Source: Candidatus Kerfeldbacteria bacterium
GTDB taxonomy: Bacteria > Patescibacteriota > Patescibacteriia > UBA10025 > JAHIVO01
Direction of reading: 5' to 3'
DNA: 64,000 bases
Assembly: GCA_016214565.1 (NCBI GenBank)
Contig: JACROE010000002.1
Coordinates: 664,007 to 728,006 of the forward strand
Shown: in pieces, positions 56,687 to 64,000 of the stretch
How positions within the stretch are numbered: position 1 is the first letter of the stretch
Layout of the letters: every line of letters starts with the position of its first letter
Translations under genes and position numbers: made by a program
The notes under the pieces: generated by a model
The model's database searches: none
What the model saw: the letters and a program-made list of their open reading frames with translations, nothing else
Told to the model about the DNA's origin: nothing

Positions 56687-58410
56687 GTAACGTGCTGACA
56701 CTTGGCAATAACGCCCTAACAGGCGAGCGCATTCAGCTTGAATTGAGGGATATCTTTTCTCATTGGGCAATAATCGGAGGGTCCGGCCGGGGAAAGAGTC
56801 GCCTCTTGGCCGCGATACTCATGTTCTGCATGCTTCATCACGTGCCGGTTATCGTGCTCGATCCGGGTGAAGAACTATACCGCTGGGGTGTTTCCTATGC
56901 AGCGGCGGCTTCACACCTGTCGCGCCTCTGCTGCATCGACCTTAATGACCAGCAGTATTCCTTTGGGTTCGACTGGAAGAAAGGTTACGGAGTATCTTCC
57001 GTAACTTTGTTTGATCTAATCTACAAAGCGATTTGCAAGGTGTACGGCCAGTCAGATTCGACAGTTGCGCCACTCACGGAAACGTGGATGCGGAACACAT
57101 TGGTGCCGTTGATAGAAAATCCGCAGGCAACGCTTGCGGAAATGCTCGAGTTCGCCTCACCCTCACACTCGCTGCTCCGTGCGGCTATTCTTCGGAATAT
57201 CCAGAACGATTACATTCGCCGCGAATGGGAATCTTTTGAGTCACTGAAACGCTACGAACGGGAGCAATTGGTCATGGCCGTGCATAACCGCGCGGCCAAG
57301 CTGACTATTCCAAATGAGGCACGGCGGATGCTGGGACAACTCAATCCGGCATTCGATCTGGCGCGAGCCATCGAGGAGCGCAAAGTGATTCTCGTCAATC
57401 TTGCACCAACGAGGGTTTCGCGGGAATTGCAGCGCACGTTCGCCATCACGCTTATCAACCAGGTGGTGAACTATGCCTACCGTCGCTCACCGAAAGAGCG
57501 GAAGCGCGGAGTGCTGGTGCTGTGCGACGAAGCGTCTGAGTACGCTTCCGACGATTTGCCGCTGGCACTCGACAAACTAAGGAAGTTCGGCGTCTATTTC
57601 GTCTTGAGTTATCAAACGTTAGCCCAGGCCGAGAAGATTCCCGGATACCTTGACTCGCTTTTTACAAACACCGATGTGAAGATCGCCTTCAGGACTTCAC
57701 GTCGGGACGCCGAGGAATTAGTCGGCGAGATGTTTCCAGACGGTCTTACCAAACGGGAAGTGAAGGATGAAATCATCCGCACCGCCTGGGATCCGAAGGA
57801 ATCACGACGCACGGTCAAATCCTATGGGCGAGCGCACGGCAGAAGCAGCACGAGCGGGGAATCGTCGAGCTCCGGCCATTCATCCGGTTTGGGCGGCGGG
57901 CTTGCCTGGTCGCACTCTCAGCCGTTGGACGGAGACCATCCGTATTCAGGTTCGCAGTCTTATGGCTGGAATAATTCGCGCTTCGAGGCAACCATGGACT
58001 CGGATTCCAGCATCAGCGCGGAGTCAGAGTCCGAGAGCGAATCCGAGTCTGAGGCCATTGTGCCGTTCTATGAGTTCCTTGCCCGCAATGAAGTATCCAG
58101 CCGGACGTTCTATTCGGTTTCTGAATTGCGCGAGCGGTTCATCAGCTGGTTCTTGCTGCAGCCCAGGCGGCATGCACAGGTGAAAATCGGAGATCGTTCG
58201 ACGGTACCGATGATTACCACTTATGTGCCGGACGTGCGGGTTCGGGAGAAGGACCTGCAAAAAGCCATCATGCGGTCGAACCTGAAGTACGCACTTCCGG
58301 TAGCTGAAGTCGACCGGCAGATTGAACAGCGTCGAACGCTCTTACTCCAGGGCGCGGAGCAGGAACTGCAGCGGGAAACCGAAGCAGTCGAAGTTTCGCG
58401 CTGGCACTAA
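56683..58410 (+). CDS. TraD/TraG/VirD4-like or HerA-like conjugative coupling ATPase without TM segments.
   Basis: Walker A IIGGSGRGKSRLL, Walker B VLVLCDEASEY, TrwB/TraD-like middle region, SESESESESE low-complexity tract. Length 575 aa. Confidence 0.55.
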   Translation: MSNVLTLGNNALTGERIQLELRDIFSHWAIIGGSGRGKSRLLAAILMFCMLHHVPVIVLDPGEELYRWGVSYAAAASHLSRLCCIDLNDQQYSFGFDWKKGYGVSSVTLFDLIYKAICKVYGQSDSTVAPLTETWMRNTLVPLIENPQATLAEMLEFASPSHSLLRAAILRNIQNDYIRREWESFESLKRYEREQLVMAVHNRAAKLTIPNEARRMLGQLNPAFDLARAIEERKVILVNLAPTRVSRELQRTFAITLINQVVNYAYRRSPKERKRGVLVLCDEASEYASDDLPLALDKLRKFGVYFVLSYQTLAQAEKIPGYLDSLFTNTDVKIAFRTSRRDAEELVGEMFPDGLTKREVKDEIIRTAWDPKESRRTVKSYGRAHGRSSTSGESSSSGHSSGLGGGLAWSHSQPLDGDHPYSGSQSYGWNNSRFEATMDSDSSISAESESESESESEAIVPFYEFLARNEVSSRTFYSVSELRERFISWFLLQPRRHAQVKIGDRSTVPMITTYVPDVRVREKDLQKAIMRSNLKYALPVAEVDRQIEQRRTLLLQGAEQELQRETEAVEVSRWH

Positions 58411-58423
58411 AGGAGGCGGACTC

Positions 58424-58648
58424 ATGGACAATGATCGTTTTATGACAAAGCAGGAGGTAGCTGATCTTTTGCACTTAAGCCCTTTTACCATTGACCAATG
58501 GGTGTCGAAGAGAAGGAACCTCCCTTATGTGAAGATTGGGCGCAAGGTCATGTTCTACGAAAGCGACATACGGGAATACTTACGTCGTCAGACCGTTGTG
58601 CCTGAAAGTTCAACAACGGCATTACCTGCCGAAGGAAGAAAGTCATGA
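58424..58648 (+). CDS. Excisionase-family HTH (HTH_17) DNA-binding protein.
   Basis: RBS AAAGGAGG then ATG. FMTKQEVADLLHLSPFTIDQWVSKRRNLPYVKIGRKVMFYESDIREYL. Confidence 0.65.
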   Translation: MDNDRFMTKQEVADLLHLSPFTIDQWVSKRRNLPYVKIGRKVMFYESDIREYLRRQTVVPESSTTALPAEGRKS

Positions 58649-58861
58649 TTGGTGATGCATATGACACAACTCGTGGATGCACAGGAACTGGCGCGCCGCC
58701 TGGGCGTGCCCGTTTCCTGGATATACGACCGGACCCGCAAAGGCGGGCCGGACCGGTTGCCGTTTTTGAAAGTCGGGAAATACGTGCGGTTCTCCGAGGC
58801 GGAAGTCCTTGAGCATCTGCGCGCTAAGGCCGTGCTCGAATCAAACGGCGAAGGTGATTGA
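58649..58861 (+). CDS. Second excisionase-family HTH protein.
   Basis: LVDAQELARRLGVPVSWIYDRTRKGGPDRLPFLKVGKYVRFSEAEVLEHL. Confidence 0.65.
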   Translation: MVMHMTQLVDAQELARRLGVPVSWIYDRTRKGGPDRLPFLKVGKYVRFSEAEVLEHLRAKAVLESNGEGD

Positions 58862-58893
58862 CTTACCGTCCGCGCTCCTAGTATGGTGCGGAC

Positions 58894-60138
58894 ATGTATC
58901 AGTCACTTGCAATCACAGCCAGTGGCACGGCGCACGCCGTGCTACTGGTACAATTCGAAATCGTATCACTTGCCAGACAGAAAGGAGGTGAAAACAATTT
59001 GGCACAAGGAAGCATCGTCAAGAAATCCGGCTCCTGGTACGCGGTCTACCGCGTGGCGGGAAAACAGAAGTGGGAAAAGGCCGGTCCGACCAAACGATTG
59101 GCGGAACACCTGTTGACGAAGCGTATCAGCGAACTGCACGCTGGCATCATTCCGGTCGAGACTAAGATTCTTTTCCGGGAATTTGCCGAGAAGTGGCTGG
59201 CTGATTACGCCAAGATATCAGTGAAGCCGTCGACCTATTCGAGCTACTGCGACATCTTCCGTCTGCACCTGACGCCGCACCTGGGGCACTTGCTGCTCTC
59301 TCGCGTTGCGCCAGTCTGCATTCAGGTGCTCGTGGCGCGGAAGCTGGAGGATGGACTTTCTCCGAAATCAGTAGTCAATATGCTGGTTCCGTTAAAGGAG
59401 ATGTACCGGCACGCGCGGGAATGGGGGTATGTTCAGCATGACCCCACGCTTGCGGTGAAACGGCCCCGGATCGAACACGAAGAAATGGACTTTCTAACTC
59501 ACGCCGAGATTCGGAAGTTTCTGGAAGCGGTTCGACCCGAATTCCACACCCTGTTCTTAACCGCAATCCTGACCGGCATGCGCCGGGGGGAACTGCTGGC
59601 GCTCAAATGGGGTGACATTGACTGGCAGTCAGGGCAAATCTGCGTCAGGAGATCGCTCTATAAGGGCAGTTTCGTGTCGCCGAAGTCCAGGAACGGCGTT
59701 CGCCGCATCATCATGTCGGATGTACTGGCCGGAAATCTGGAATACGACCGCCGCCTGGCGAATCCGGAACACGAGCTGGTTTTTTGCACTCCAGAAGGGA
59801 AACCTCTGGATGCCGACAATCTCGTGAAACGCGAATTCCATCCGGCACTGGAGCGGGCGGGAATCAGACGAATACGCTTCCATGACCTGAGGCATACTTT
59901 CGCGTCGCTCTTAATTGCCAACGGTGAGGATATCAAGTTCGTGCAGTCTATGCTGGGACACGCATCGGCGACAACCACGCTGGACCGGTACGGACACCTC
60001 TTCCCCGGAACGCAACGGGACGCTTCGCGACGCCTGGACAATGCGGTCTTTCCGACGGCTGTTAGAAAACTGTTAGAAAGCACCGAATCCGAGGAGTCCG
60101 GGACTCCACGTTCATCGATTCAAGTGCTTGAGAATTGA
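58894..60138 (+). CDS. Tyrosine integrase, phage-integrase family.
   Basis: N-terminal SAM-like/arm region (SIVKKSGSWYAVYRV). Catalytic RRGELLAL...HDLRHTFAS...LGHAS...Y. An alternative TTG start at 58999 follows the RBS AAAGGAGGTG. Confidence 0.85.
   Translation: MYQSLAITASGTAHAVLLVQFEIVSLARQKGGENNLAQGSIVKKSGSWYAVYRVAGKQKWEKAGPTKRLAEHLLTKRISELHAGIIPVETKILFREFAEKWLADYAKISVKPSTYSSYCDIFRLHLTPHLGHLLLSRVAPVCIQVLVARKLEDGLSPKSVVNMLVPLKEMYRHAREWGYVQHDPTLAVKRPRIEHEEMDFLTHAEIRKFLEAVRPEFHTLFLTAILTGMRRGELLALKWGDIDWQSGQICVRRSLYKGSFVSPKSRNGVRRIIMSDVLAGNLEYDRRLANPEHELVFCTPEGKPLDADNLVKREFHPALERAGIRRIRFHDLRHTFASLLIANGEDIKFVQSMLGHASATTTLDRYGHLFPGTQRDASRRLDNAVFPTAVRKLLESTESEESGTPRSSIQVLEN
60059..60080. repeat. 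Tandem ctgttagaaa(a)ctgttagaaag motif. It recurs at 60314-60334 on the other side of the tRNA fragment. Candidate integrase arm-type sites.
   Basis: Two copies of a 21-22-bp motif flank the tRNA-derived core: 60059-60080, inside the 3' end of int, and 60314-60334. A perfect palindrome ATCCCGCgatatGCGGGAT lies at 60341-60359. Confidence 0.45.
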
Positions 60139-60148
60139 GAGCTTGATT

Positions 60149-60195
60149 TGGTGGCGGGGGCAGGATTTGAACCTGCGACCTTCGGGTTATGAGCC
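60149..60195 (-). other. A 47-nt 3' fragment of an initiator-type tRNA-Met, from the anticodon loop to CCA. Candidate att core.
   Basis: Reverse complement GGCTCATAACCCGAAGGTCGCAGGTTCAAATCCTGCCCCCGCCACCA. There is no 5' half upstream. It differs from the genome's own tRNA-fMet at 3969-4043. Confidence 0.7.
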
Positions 60196-60440
60196 AGTTC
60201 TGATTCCATAACACGGGACAACAAGGGACACCAAAAGACAAGAACGGCAATTAGTTGCCGGGATTCGTCATTCTCCTTGTTGTCCCGTTCTTCATGCTGT
60301 TTTGGTTACTCTTGTTAGAAAGCTGTTAGAAAGAAGCGGTATCCCGCGATATGCGGGATGCACTCTAATCCCACCCATCGCACCCCGAAAACACCTTCAC
60401 CTTCGCGCCACTTTTTTCCAAACACGACCAATGGCCACGG

Positions 60441-60724
60441 CTTGTCCGCAATGTCATAAAGGGTATCACAGAGTCTCAGGTACCCGTCCAAGGTAGTACG
60501 TACCGTCTCCACCTTGACGCGCTGCACCCGTTTCGAACTGAATGGACAGCCTTACCGCCTGCCCACAGTGTCGAATTCGGTTTTGGCCTTCATTCATTAC
60601 AGCTAACACCTCCACTCATTCCGGCTACTCCACCCCTCTGTGCTTTCTGAAGTACAGCGGAGAGACAAGCCGACGTGAGTCTCGCCAATTAAACAAACTA
60701 ACCGCCGGAGAAAGGTTCATATAT
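60441..60724 (+). repeat. Conserved ~280-nt leader, copy A, upstream of the SSB gene. Copy B lies at 61191-61466.
   Basis: Block 1 (60441-60519 against 61191-61269) matches at 76 of 79 nt. Further conserved blocks ctactccacccctctgtg and gcggagagacaagccgacg, then ggagaa(a/g)g.ttca(a)tatatg including the RBS and ATG. Confidence 0.6.
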
Positions 60725-61102
60725 ATGGACCTCAACAAGATTCAACTAATCGGCCGCCTGTCGGTCGACCCCGAGCGCGGGGTAAGCGAGAAAGACGTGC
60801 CAAACACCGTCTTTACCCTGCAGACCGAGCGGGTCTGGAAGGATAAGGCGACGGGCGAAACCAAGCGCGCGGTCGACAACCACCGCGTGTTCGCGGTCGG
60901 ACGACTCGCCGAAGTCATCCTGAAGTACTTAAAGAAAGGCGACCGGGTGTATGTCGACGGTACGCTCCGTTCTGCTGAAGCGTCGCAGAAGAATGGTCTG
61001 GTTGCCCAGAACCTCATCATGCTGGGCGGGCCGAAGCGGGAGCCGAAGAACGACGATATCGTAGTCGAGGAAATCGACACGGACAAGGGAGCGGGGGTTT
61101 AA
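60725..61102 (+). CDS. ssb: Single-stranded DNA-binding protein (OB fold).
   Basis: MDLNKIQLIGRLSVDPE...VFTLQTERVWKDKATGETKRAVDNHRVFAVGRLAEV...KKGDRVYVDGTLRS, with an acidic C-terminal tail. The ORF track's start at 60542 lies inside the leader repeat. Confidence 0.7.
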   Translation: MDLNKIQLIGRLSVDPERGVSEKDVPNTVFTLQTERVWKDKATGETKRAVDNHRVFAVGRLAEVILKYLKKGDRVYVDGTLRSAEASQKNGLVAQNLIMLGGPKREPKNDDIVVEEIDTDKGAGV

Positions 61103-61120
61103 CCCCCTCTCCTTTTTTTG
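61091..61120 (+). terminator. Intrinsic terminator after ssb.
   Basis: GGGGGTTTAACCCCC hairpin followed by CTCCTTTTTTTG. Confidence 0.55.
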
Positions 61121-61466
61121 TGCGAAGGTGAAGGGAGGGTGCTCCCACCCTCTGACAGCTTCATGATATGTGGAAAGGTCACAGAGTCGTCTTGTCCGCA
61201 GTGCCATAAAGGGTATCACAGAGTCTCAAGTACCCGTCCAAGGTAGTACGTACCGTCTCCACCTTGACGGGCAGCGCATCGGGCGTACACTGATGGACAG
61301 CTACCTCACCTGCCCACAGTCTATCCCGGCTTGGCATGCGCTCGTAATGATATTTCACTTCGCTCCTGCTACTCCACCCCTCTGTGGTCTCTGAAGGTTC
61401 GCGGAGAGACAAGCCGACGCAAGTCTCTCACTAATATCAATCAATCGTCGGAGAAGGATTCAATAT

Positions 61467-61817
61467 ATGAATCAAGAAGATCGTAATACATTCGGAACGG
61501 TAATTTCCGATCCACGGAAACCCGAGGATGGTGATAAAACCCGCTATGTCGCTTTTCGTGTCGAAAAGGACAAGAAGAGCAGCAACGGTTCCCGCCAAAC
61601 CAAACTGGTAATCGCCCTCGGGCAAAGTGCTACCGATGTCGAGACGTACTTCAAGAAGGGTAGCAAGTATGGAATTGATCCATCGGTGAAACCCCTGAAT
61701 GCAAAAGTATACAGCGACACTGATCCAAACTTAGAGTCGTGTCTTGAATACTGTGTGATTGTGATTGACGAACCGCAATCAGGCGACGCTGAACCCGCGG
61801 AGAAAGGAGAGGGGTAA
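61467..61817 (+). CDS. Divergent OB-fold, SSB-like small protein (116 aa).
   Basis: It has the same leader and terminator architecture as ssb. NTFGTVISDPRK...TRYVAFRVEKDKK...KGSKYGI with an acidic tail DEPQSGDAEPAEKGEG. The similarity to SSB is weak and is an inference. Confidence 0.45.
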   Translation: MNQEDRNTFGTVISDPRKPEDGDKTRYVAFRVEKDKKSSNGSRQTKLVIALGQSATDVETYFKKGSKYGIDPSVKPLNAKVYSDTDPNLESCLEYCVIVIDEPQSGDAEPAEKGEG

Positions 61818-61833
61818 CCCCCTCCTTTTTTTG
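61808..61833 (+). terminator. Intrinsic terminator after the second cassette gene.
   Basis: GAGGGGTAACCCCCTC hairpin then CTTTTTTTG. Confidence 0.55.
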
Positions 61834-61984
61834 TGCTCAAGGTGAAGAGGCGTGCTCCTACCCTCATGTCTTTTTTGTCCACAGCTAATTGCCTATGTCG
61901 GCAATTGAGCGATTCCACCGGTCGGATAGACTGAACGATGCTATTAACCATCGTTCCTTAACAATCCAAACACCGGAGGACAGT

Positions 61985-63049
61985 ATGACTGTCAATTTGT
62001 ACGAGGCTCACCAGCAATGGGCGTCACGACCAGCCGACGAACGCTTTTCGTCGCTGGAAGATCTTGCCGCTCACGTTCGCGCCAGGCGCGACGGTTCGCG
62101 GGAGGAGGTCGTCAATGTCCGAGACCTGCACGTCGCTGTAGAGGGCGAGCACGGCATGGGCCTGAATCACCATCACCCGACCGCCCTGTTTACCCATTGG
62201 GCGTTCGGGCAATTGTGTACCACCATCGTGGCACCAGCTCGTTATCTCCGTACCCTTCCAGCTGAACTTGCTGGCGATTGCTTAAGGCAAGGGTTATCCA
62301 GGTCAACCGAGAAGTGCAGGATACTCTACCGCAATTTCGAGGAAGGCTTTGCCGGAAACGGCATGCTTCAAACAGCGGCGTTGACCGGGCCCTCCTATGG
62401 CAGAATCTGGGACAGCGAAGTGATCGCCGCCTTACAAAAAGCCGTATCCGGCTCAAGCTGGCACGTGCCAGAGAGTAAACATGACTTGCCGAGCGGACTC
62501 TACGCTTCTGATCGGGACATGTTTGCCTTTATGGTGAGCGACGAACCTCCGATAGAAGTCGGTAACGCCAAACTCGGAAGAGGATTCTTTATTTGGAATT
62601 CGGAGACCGGCGCTTCGACATTCGGTCTGACCACGTTCCTATACAACTATGTGTGTGGCAATCACATTGTTTGGGGAGCGGAGGAAATCAACGAACTGCG
62701 CATTGTGCACCGCGAGAAAGCACCTGATCGATACTATCGCGAAGCAGTCCCGTTCTTGAATCGGTTTGTCGAAAGCCGTTCACTGACAGATTCTGTCAGT
62801 GAAACGGTGTATCGGGCTATGCGCGAGAGGATTGGAGTTTCCGTCGAGGACGTGCTCAAATGGTTTGCTCAAAAGCCCTTCTCCAAACGAGAAATCACCG
62901 AGGCGTTCACCATCGGACAGTCGGAAGGCGACGATCCGACAACGCTTTGGGGGATAGTGCAGGGATTAACCGCCTATGCCCGCCACTTCAAACACATCGA
63001 CTCAAGAGTGGACCTTGAGCGACGTACTGGGAGCCTCTTGGCGCTGTAG
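61985..63049 (+). CDS. Hypothetical protein, 354 aa from the internal ATG.
   Basis: RBS GGAGGA 6 nt before the ATG at 61985. No motif could be assigned confidently. A terminator hairpin GAGCCCGA...TCGGGCTC plus a T-run follows at 63078-63115. Confidence 0.45.
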   Translation: MTVNLYEAHQQWASRPADERFSSLEDLAAHVRARRDGSREEVVNVRDLHVAVEGEHGMGLNHHHPTALFTHWAFGQLCTTIVAPARYLRTLPAELAGDCLRQGLSRSTEKCRILYRNFEEGFAGNGMLQTAALTGPSYGRIWDSEVIAALQKAVSGSSWHVPESKHDLPSGLYASDRDMFAFMVSDEPPIEVGNAKLGRGFFIWNSETGASTFGLTTFLYNYVCGNHIVWGAEEINELRIVHREKAPDRYYREAVPFLNRFVESRSLTDSVSETVYRAMRERIGVSVEDVLKWFAQKPFSKREITEAFTIGQSEGDDPTTLWGIVQGLTAYARHFKHIDSRVDLERRTGSLLAL

Positions 63050-63285
63050 GATGGACCGATTTCCTGTAATCTGGAGCCCGATACTCAATGTCGGGCTCTT
63101 TGTCTTTATCATTGTCTATAGGGGCCGAAAGCTTTACTTTAGGGACTGAATTGAAGTATGCTTTAAAAATCAGGCTCCGATTACGGGGGACAATTTCTTG
63201 ACATTAAAAACCTTTAGAATCATCACATTTCCAGCGTACATTGATCTGCAGAAACAAACGCGGTAATAGATTCCTATGGCAATTA

Positions 63286-64000
63286 GAAAATCACAACTCT
63301 ATAGCGCGATATGGCAAGGCTGCGATGAACTGCGCGGCGGCATGGACGCGTCTCAATACAAGGATTACGTTCTTGTCCTTTTGTTCGTGCGATACGTATC
63401 GGACAAGTACGCCGGTAACAAGGACGCCGTCGTAGAGATTCCTGCAGGCGGTAGTTTCGCGGACCTCATTAAGCTCAAAGGCAAGCCGAACATTGGCGAG
63501 GGGATCAATAAAGTCCTAAGCAAACTGGCCGAGGCGAACAACCTGCAAGGCGTTATCAACGCGGTTGACTTCAATGACGAGGATAAGCTCGGCAAAGGGA
63601 AGGACATGCAGGACCGCCTGTCCAATCTCATTGCTATATTCGAGAATCCTGACCTCGACTTCAGTACGAACCGGGCCGAGGGCGACGACCTTTTAGGTGA
63701 CGCCTATGAATACCTGATGAAGAATTTCGCTGTCGAGTCCGGCAAGAGCAAAGGTCAGTTTTACACTCCGGCGGAAGTTTCACGCATCATAGCTAAAGTC
63801 ATTGAGGCTAATCGTGCCACCGGTAAGAGACAGACAGTCTACGATCCGACGTGCGGAAGCGGTTCCTTGCTTCTGAAGGTTGCGGCTGAGGCTCCAAAGG
63901 GAATTGCCATCTATGGTCAGGAGTTGGATAACGCGACGGCGGGTCTGGCGATTCTGAACATGTGGCTGCACAACGAACCGACTGCCGAGATCAAGAAAGG
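63286..64000 (+). CDS. hsdM: Type I restriction-modification methyltransferase subunit HsdM, N-terminal part running off the window.
   Basis: MAIRKSQLYSAIWQGCDELRGGMDASQYKDYVLVLLFVRYVSDKY is the HsdM N-domain. SAM and N6-MTase motifs GQFYTPAEV and VYDPTCGSGSLLL. The open frame reaches the edge and is not in the ORF track. Confidence 0.8.

Noticed and set aside
60542-60724. Upstream extension of ssb as called by the ORF track (start at 60542).
   Set aside because: The extension lies within the conserved non-coding leader shared with the next cassette. The ATG at 60725 aligns with the second cassette's ATG after the conserved ggagaa box.
60302-61412. Minus-strand ORFs 60315-60527 and 61179-61412 sharing the peptide VKVETVRTTLDGYLRLCDTLY. 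Plus-strand ORFs 60302-60496 and 61170-61394.
   Set aside because: The shared peptide lies exactly in the near-identical nucleotide block and the flanks are unrelated. It is therefore a reflection of DNA repeat identity and not a conserved protein.

Overview
The 64-kb window has two parts. Positions 1 to about 43.9 kb look like housekeeping chromosome of a small-genome, probably monoderm or CPR/Patescibacteria-like bacterium. GC content there is moderate, judged by eye and not computed. In order, this part carries a Fe-S, oxidative-stress and disulfide cluster (sufS C-terminus, sufU, sodA, ferredoxin, two DsbA-like proteins, lgt). Next is a three-tRNA locus (initiator tRNA-fMet, elongator tRNA-Met, tRNA-Leu) with a 15-bp duplicate of the tRNA-Leu 3' end. 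Then come parA/parB, an O-antigen-ligase-like protein with TPR repeats, topA, dprA, mfd, pilM, pilT, pth, der, an LCP-family protein and a GT2 transferase. Next is a 4603-aa ORF with an N-terminal HTH, one TM helix, phage-tail-collar-like repeats and at least six near-identical ~0.8-kb tandem repeats. It is followed by a surface-protein cluster with dockerin and cohesin domains. At tRNA-Val (43.86 kb) a mobile, mosaic region begins and runs to the window end. It has a large serine recombinase whose 3' end overlaps the tRNA and a truncated tyrosine recombinase. Visibly GC-richer cargo follows, with FCB-group hallmarks: a FISUMP-domain lipoprotein, and an M23 peptidase with VCBS repeats and a T9SS C-terminal sorting domain. 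After that come an XRE regulator and a RuvC-like gene set, a hairpin-rich ORF-poor segment, and a mobilisation module: replication-relaxation protein, TraD/VirD4-like ATPase, two excisionases and a tyrosine integrase. Next is an attP-like junction with a 47-nt initiator-type tRNA-Met 3' fragment flanked by arm-like repeats. Beyond it are two cassettes (ssb and a second OB-fold gene) that share a leader and terminator but have divergent coding sequences. The window ends with a hypothetical gene and the start of a type I R-M hsdM. The FCB-type cargo is phylogenetically incongruent with the left-hand genome. That means either cross-phylum mobile-element transfer or a chimeric assembly. No CRISPR array or rRNA was seen.
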